Below the pieces are notes generated by a model. The model saw only the letters and a program-made list of their open reading frames with translations. It ran no database searches and was not told where the DNA came from. Shown piece after piece: positions 61,432 through 64,000 of a DNA stretch of 64,000 nt (position 1 is its first letter; every line of letters begins with the position of its first letter). The DNA comes from Phoronis australis (lineage: Eukaryota; Animalia; Phoronida), in NCBI GenBank assembly GCA_002633005.1, contig NMRA01000262.1, positions 161,208-225,207 of the forward strand. Direction: 5' to 3'. A program made the position numbers and the translations under genes.

Positions 61432-63743
61432 ACAACATACCACACCACACCACACTCCCCTAATGTGTACCTATTGGCTACTCTGTGTTGAAAATTAGGT
61501 TAGCTGGCAGTGTATTATTCTAATTAGATGTGTTGACTAACTGCTCTCTCTGTCAATCATTGGTGCTGCTTGCACTTCATCTGGCAACTGACCCCGATAC
61601 TTCAGATGGTAAAACTGACCAGTAAGTGTAGCCAGTGGACTGACCAGGATTGACTCATAGGATATAATCTCATTCACTGCTGGTGTTCTGGCTGAGCGTG
61701 CAACTATTAACATATTGCTTCTATACTGATGATGTCACTAGTGAGCCAGGCATCCATTGTCTATCTGTGACAGCCATCTGGGAGCTGGTGTGCAGTGCAG
61801 GTCTGCCGGGATTTTCCTGGTGTAACCAGACAATAGCGGGATGTGGTGAAGCTTGATTCATGTTGTATGATGGCGCTGGTGTCCCTCAGCATATGACTGC
61901 TGTCCTCTGTATGTGAGGTTGATTTAGATTATTACAATCAGAATGGTAAGTAGGCATGTATGAGTTAGTACATTGAGTTGAAATATTTTACGGTTTGGTT
62001 TTGGATTATAGCGATTATTTTATCTGGTGATGGTCACTTCTGGTATGAGACCTGTACAAAGTAACTGAATCTATATTTGAACAAATTGTGTTTTCGCTCA
62101 AACCCAGGCTGAACCATGTTCTGGTGTTAATATGTGAACTTTCTTCATAGGCATAATTACTCTTCCAAATCAACGCCATTGCAATTCTTATCCTTCATTT
62201 AAATTGACATTAGTTACAATAATTTGTTGTGAAGTCGACTGCCTTGCCAAGTGAAATGGTGGATAAGCAAGTTAATGATTTTCTACTAAAGTAATATTCA
62301 ACGATCAGTTCCTTTCAACCCTTGACATCATTTCTAATCTGAGTAAAGAACAAGATCACATGGATTGTATAAGAGTTTAAGTGACCTAAATCAAAAACTG
62401 AAGGCTCTGTAGCTGTGAGTGTTAAATAAGGTTTTATGCACACTGCATTTCCCATGGTTGAGTTGTGTAGTCAACACTGGTGTGTAAGAGTTAACATTGA
62501 TTGTTCAAGTTCTGACAATGCCTAGTGGTGGCTGGCATTCTTGCCTGCAAGCCCTGTTAGAAGGTGTTGAAATGGGAGTCTGGTGATCTCTCTGATTTCA
62601 CAAATATTTGAGTCCTATTTCAGTATGCAGCAACCACTAAACTGTGTTGTAACACTACCAGCATGTTGACTTATTTTGTGCCTGGCATGAGATGGACGAA
62701 TTTCACCAGGCATGTGAATGGTTGGCAAATAAGGGGAATGAATTTGCACACATTATTCAAGGGTAGTGGTGTTGATTTAGATTCTCTAAAAGACCTCTTG
62801 TCATGGTCCACATAATGTCTTTAAAAGTTGAAACAACTTTATTGCAGTCTGAGAACTGGTATATAGAAAAAATCATCAGTAAAAGAATATGGCCGCATCA
62901 GGGCCTCATCTTAATAGATATTAATACCCAATAGGGGACATTTCATATTGGTGCTCTCTAAAGTTGTATGAAGAAGAAAATGGCTTCTGATTGATCCCCA
63001 CAAAAATTTGGTCGACAGAAATTCAATTACTACATAGTGGTTCATTAATTTAAAAGCAGAGGAATAAATTCCACTGTCAGTTCCTCCCATTGTTTGATTA
63101 GTTTAAGTTCATTAATTTGTTTTAGCATTTTGACTCTGTCTGGATTTGAATTTCTCACGCTTTATCTTGCGCAGCCACTGGATTTGTGGTGGAGGCAGGC
63201 ACTTCTATTTATACCAGTATGTTGAAACCCCTGTCCGCTTTACATGGGATCTCTGGGTGGCAACTGAATGCCTGTCCACCAAATTCTTGACTGAGGTCTG
63301 ATTAGTGAATTTCACTATGGCTTTACTATTCCGAAATTCAGCTGTTGTATTTTGTCTCATGACTGATTTCTTAAATGTTAGAGGAAAGGACGCTGCTTAA
63401 GTTTTACTGGTATGAAGCAATCACATGTATCTAAGATCAATGCCATTGGATTATGCTGAAGTCAAATCTCATGACCAGTATATTAGAGCCTTATTTCATC
63501 TCTATGGAAACAAATTTCTAGTTGTAGTCTCACATGCTATAATGTCCAAAATGCCGGGGGGGGGGGGGGNNNNGGATACTGCTGTCTAGGTATGGTTACT
63601 TACAGAGTATGAAAATCGTCACTGTTCAAGGCTGTGTGTGACAAATTATGTGTGAAAGAGGAGCTGCTGCCAAATTATAAGTAGATGTCTGTAACAATCA
63701 CTGTAGAGTGACTATGGTCATAGTGTTGGCTCAGTGGTATATA

Positions 63744-64000
63744 CCGTAATCGTTCGGGTTAACGCCCTGGGCGGTTAAATTGGCGAATCCGAAAAATTGG
63801 GGGAGGGCGGTTAACCGAGCAGTGGGCGGTTAAATCGAAAATCCACCTAAAGTAGGGGATGGGCGGTTAACCGAACATGGGCGCTTATTACGACAGACAA
63901 CCGCCCTGGGCGGTTAATCTTACCTGGCGATCTAAATCCCGACACGACAATCATACTCGGAACGCGTAGCCCTTTTCAAAGAGCTTTATCGTCACGTCGC
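63744..64000. mobile_element. left end of another CCGTA-terminal, TA-preceded DNA transposon
   Basis: TA|CCGTAATCG.. followed by repeated GGGCGGTTAA / GCCCTGGGCGGTTA motifs resembling the ends of the 17535 element. Confidence 0.6.

Noticed and set aside
61500-63400. Complex, less AT-skewed sequence that might be decayed coding DNA
   Set aside because: No sustained ORF or recognisable motif on either strand

Overview
Repeat-rich, AT-rich animal genomic DNA with spliceosomal introns. It looks like an invertebrate, plausibly a mollusc or other lophotrochozoan (inferred from the repeat types only). Genes: (1) the 3' part of a + strand single-pass receptor. Its stalk appears to be encoded by tandemly duplicated 33/27-nt phase-1 microexons (1.2-4.9 kb), followed by a TM exon (11851-11947) and a Tyr-motif/ITIM-rich tail exon (19604-20150). 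(2) An intronless 365-aa - strand CCDC190-like coiled-coil ORF with a CRYLR end. (3) A complete 5-exon HINT3 (- strand, 38346-50153). (4) A divergently transcribed, apparently non-coding spliced gene with two candidate intronic H/ACA RNAs. Mobile DNA: a young Gypsy LTR element with a -1 frameshift pseudoknot and a deleted integrase, a Kolobok-like THAP element, two Helentron-associated (HINE/DINE-1-like) families (one carrying ~150-bp-spaced CTCF-core motifs, the other YY1/NRF1 motifs), TA-TSD mariner-type MITEs, hAT-like and nested 9-bp-TSD AcademH-like MITEs, and a decayed RLE-type non-LTR element. Several minisatellites and assembly artefacts at N joins are also present. All calls are by eye; no searches were run.
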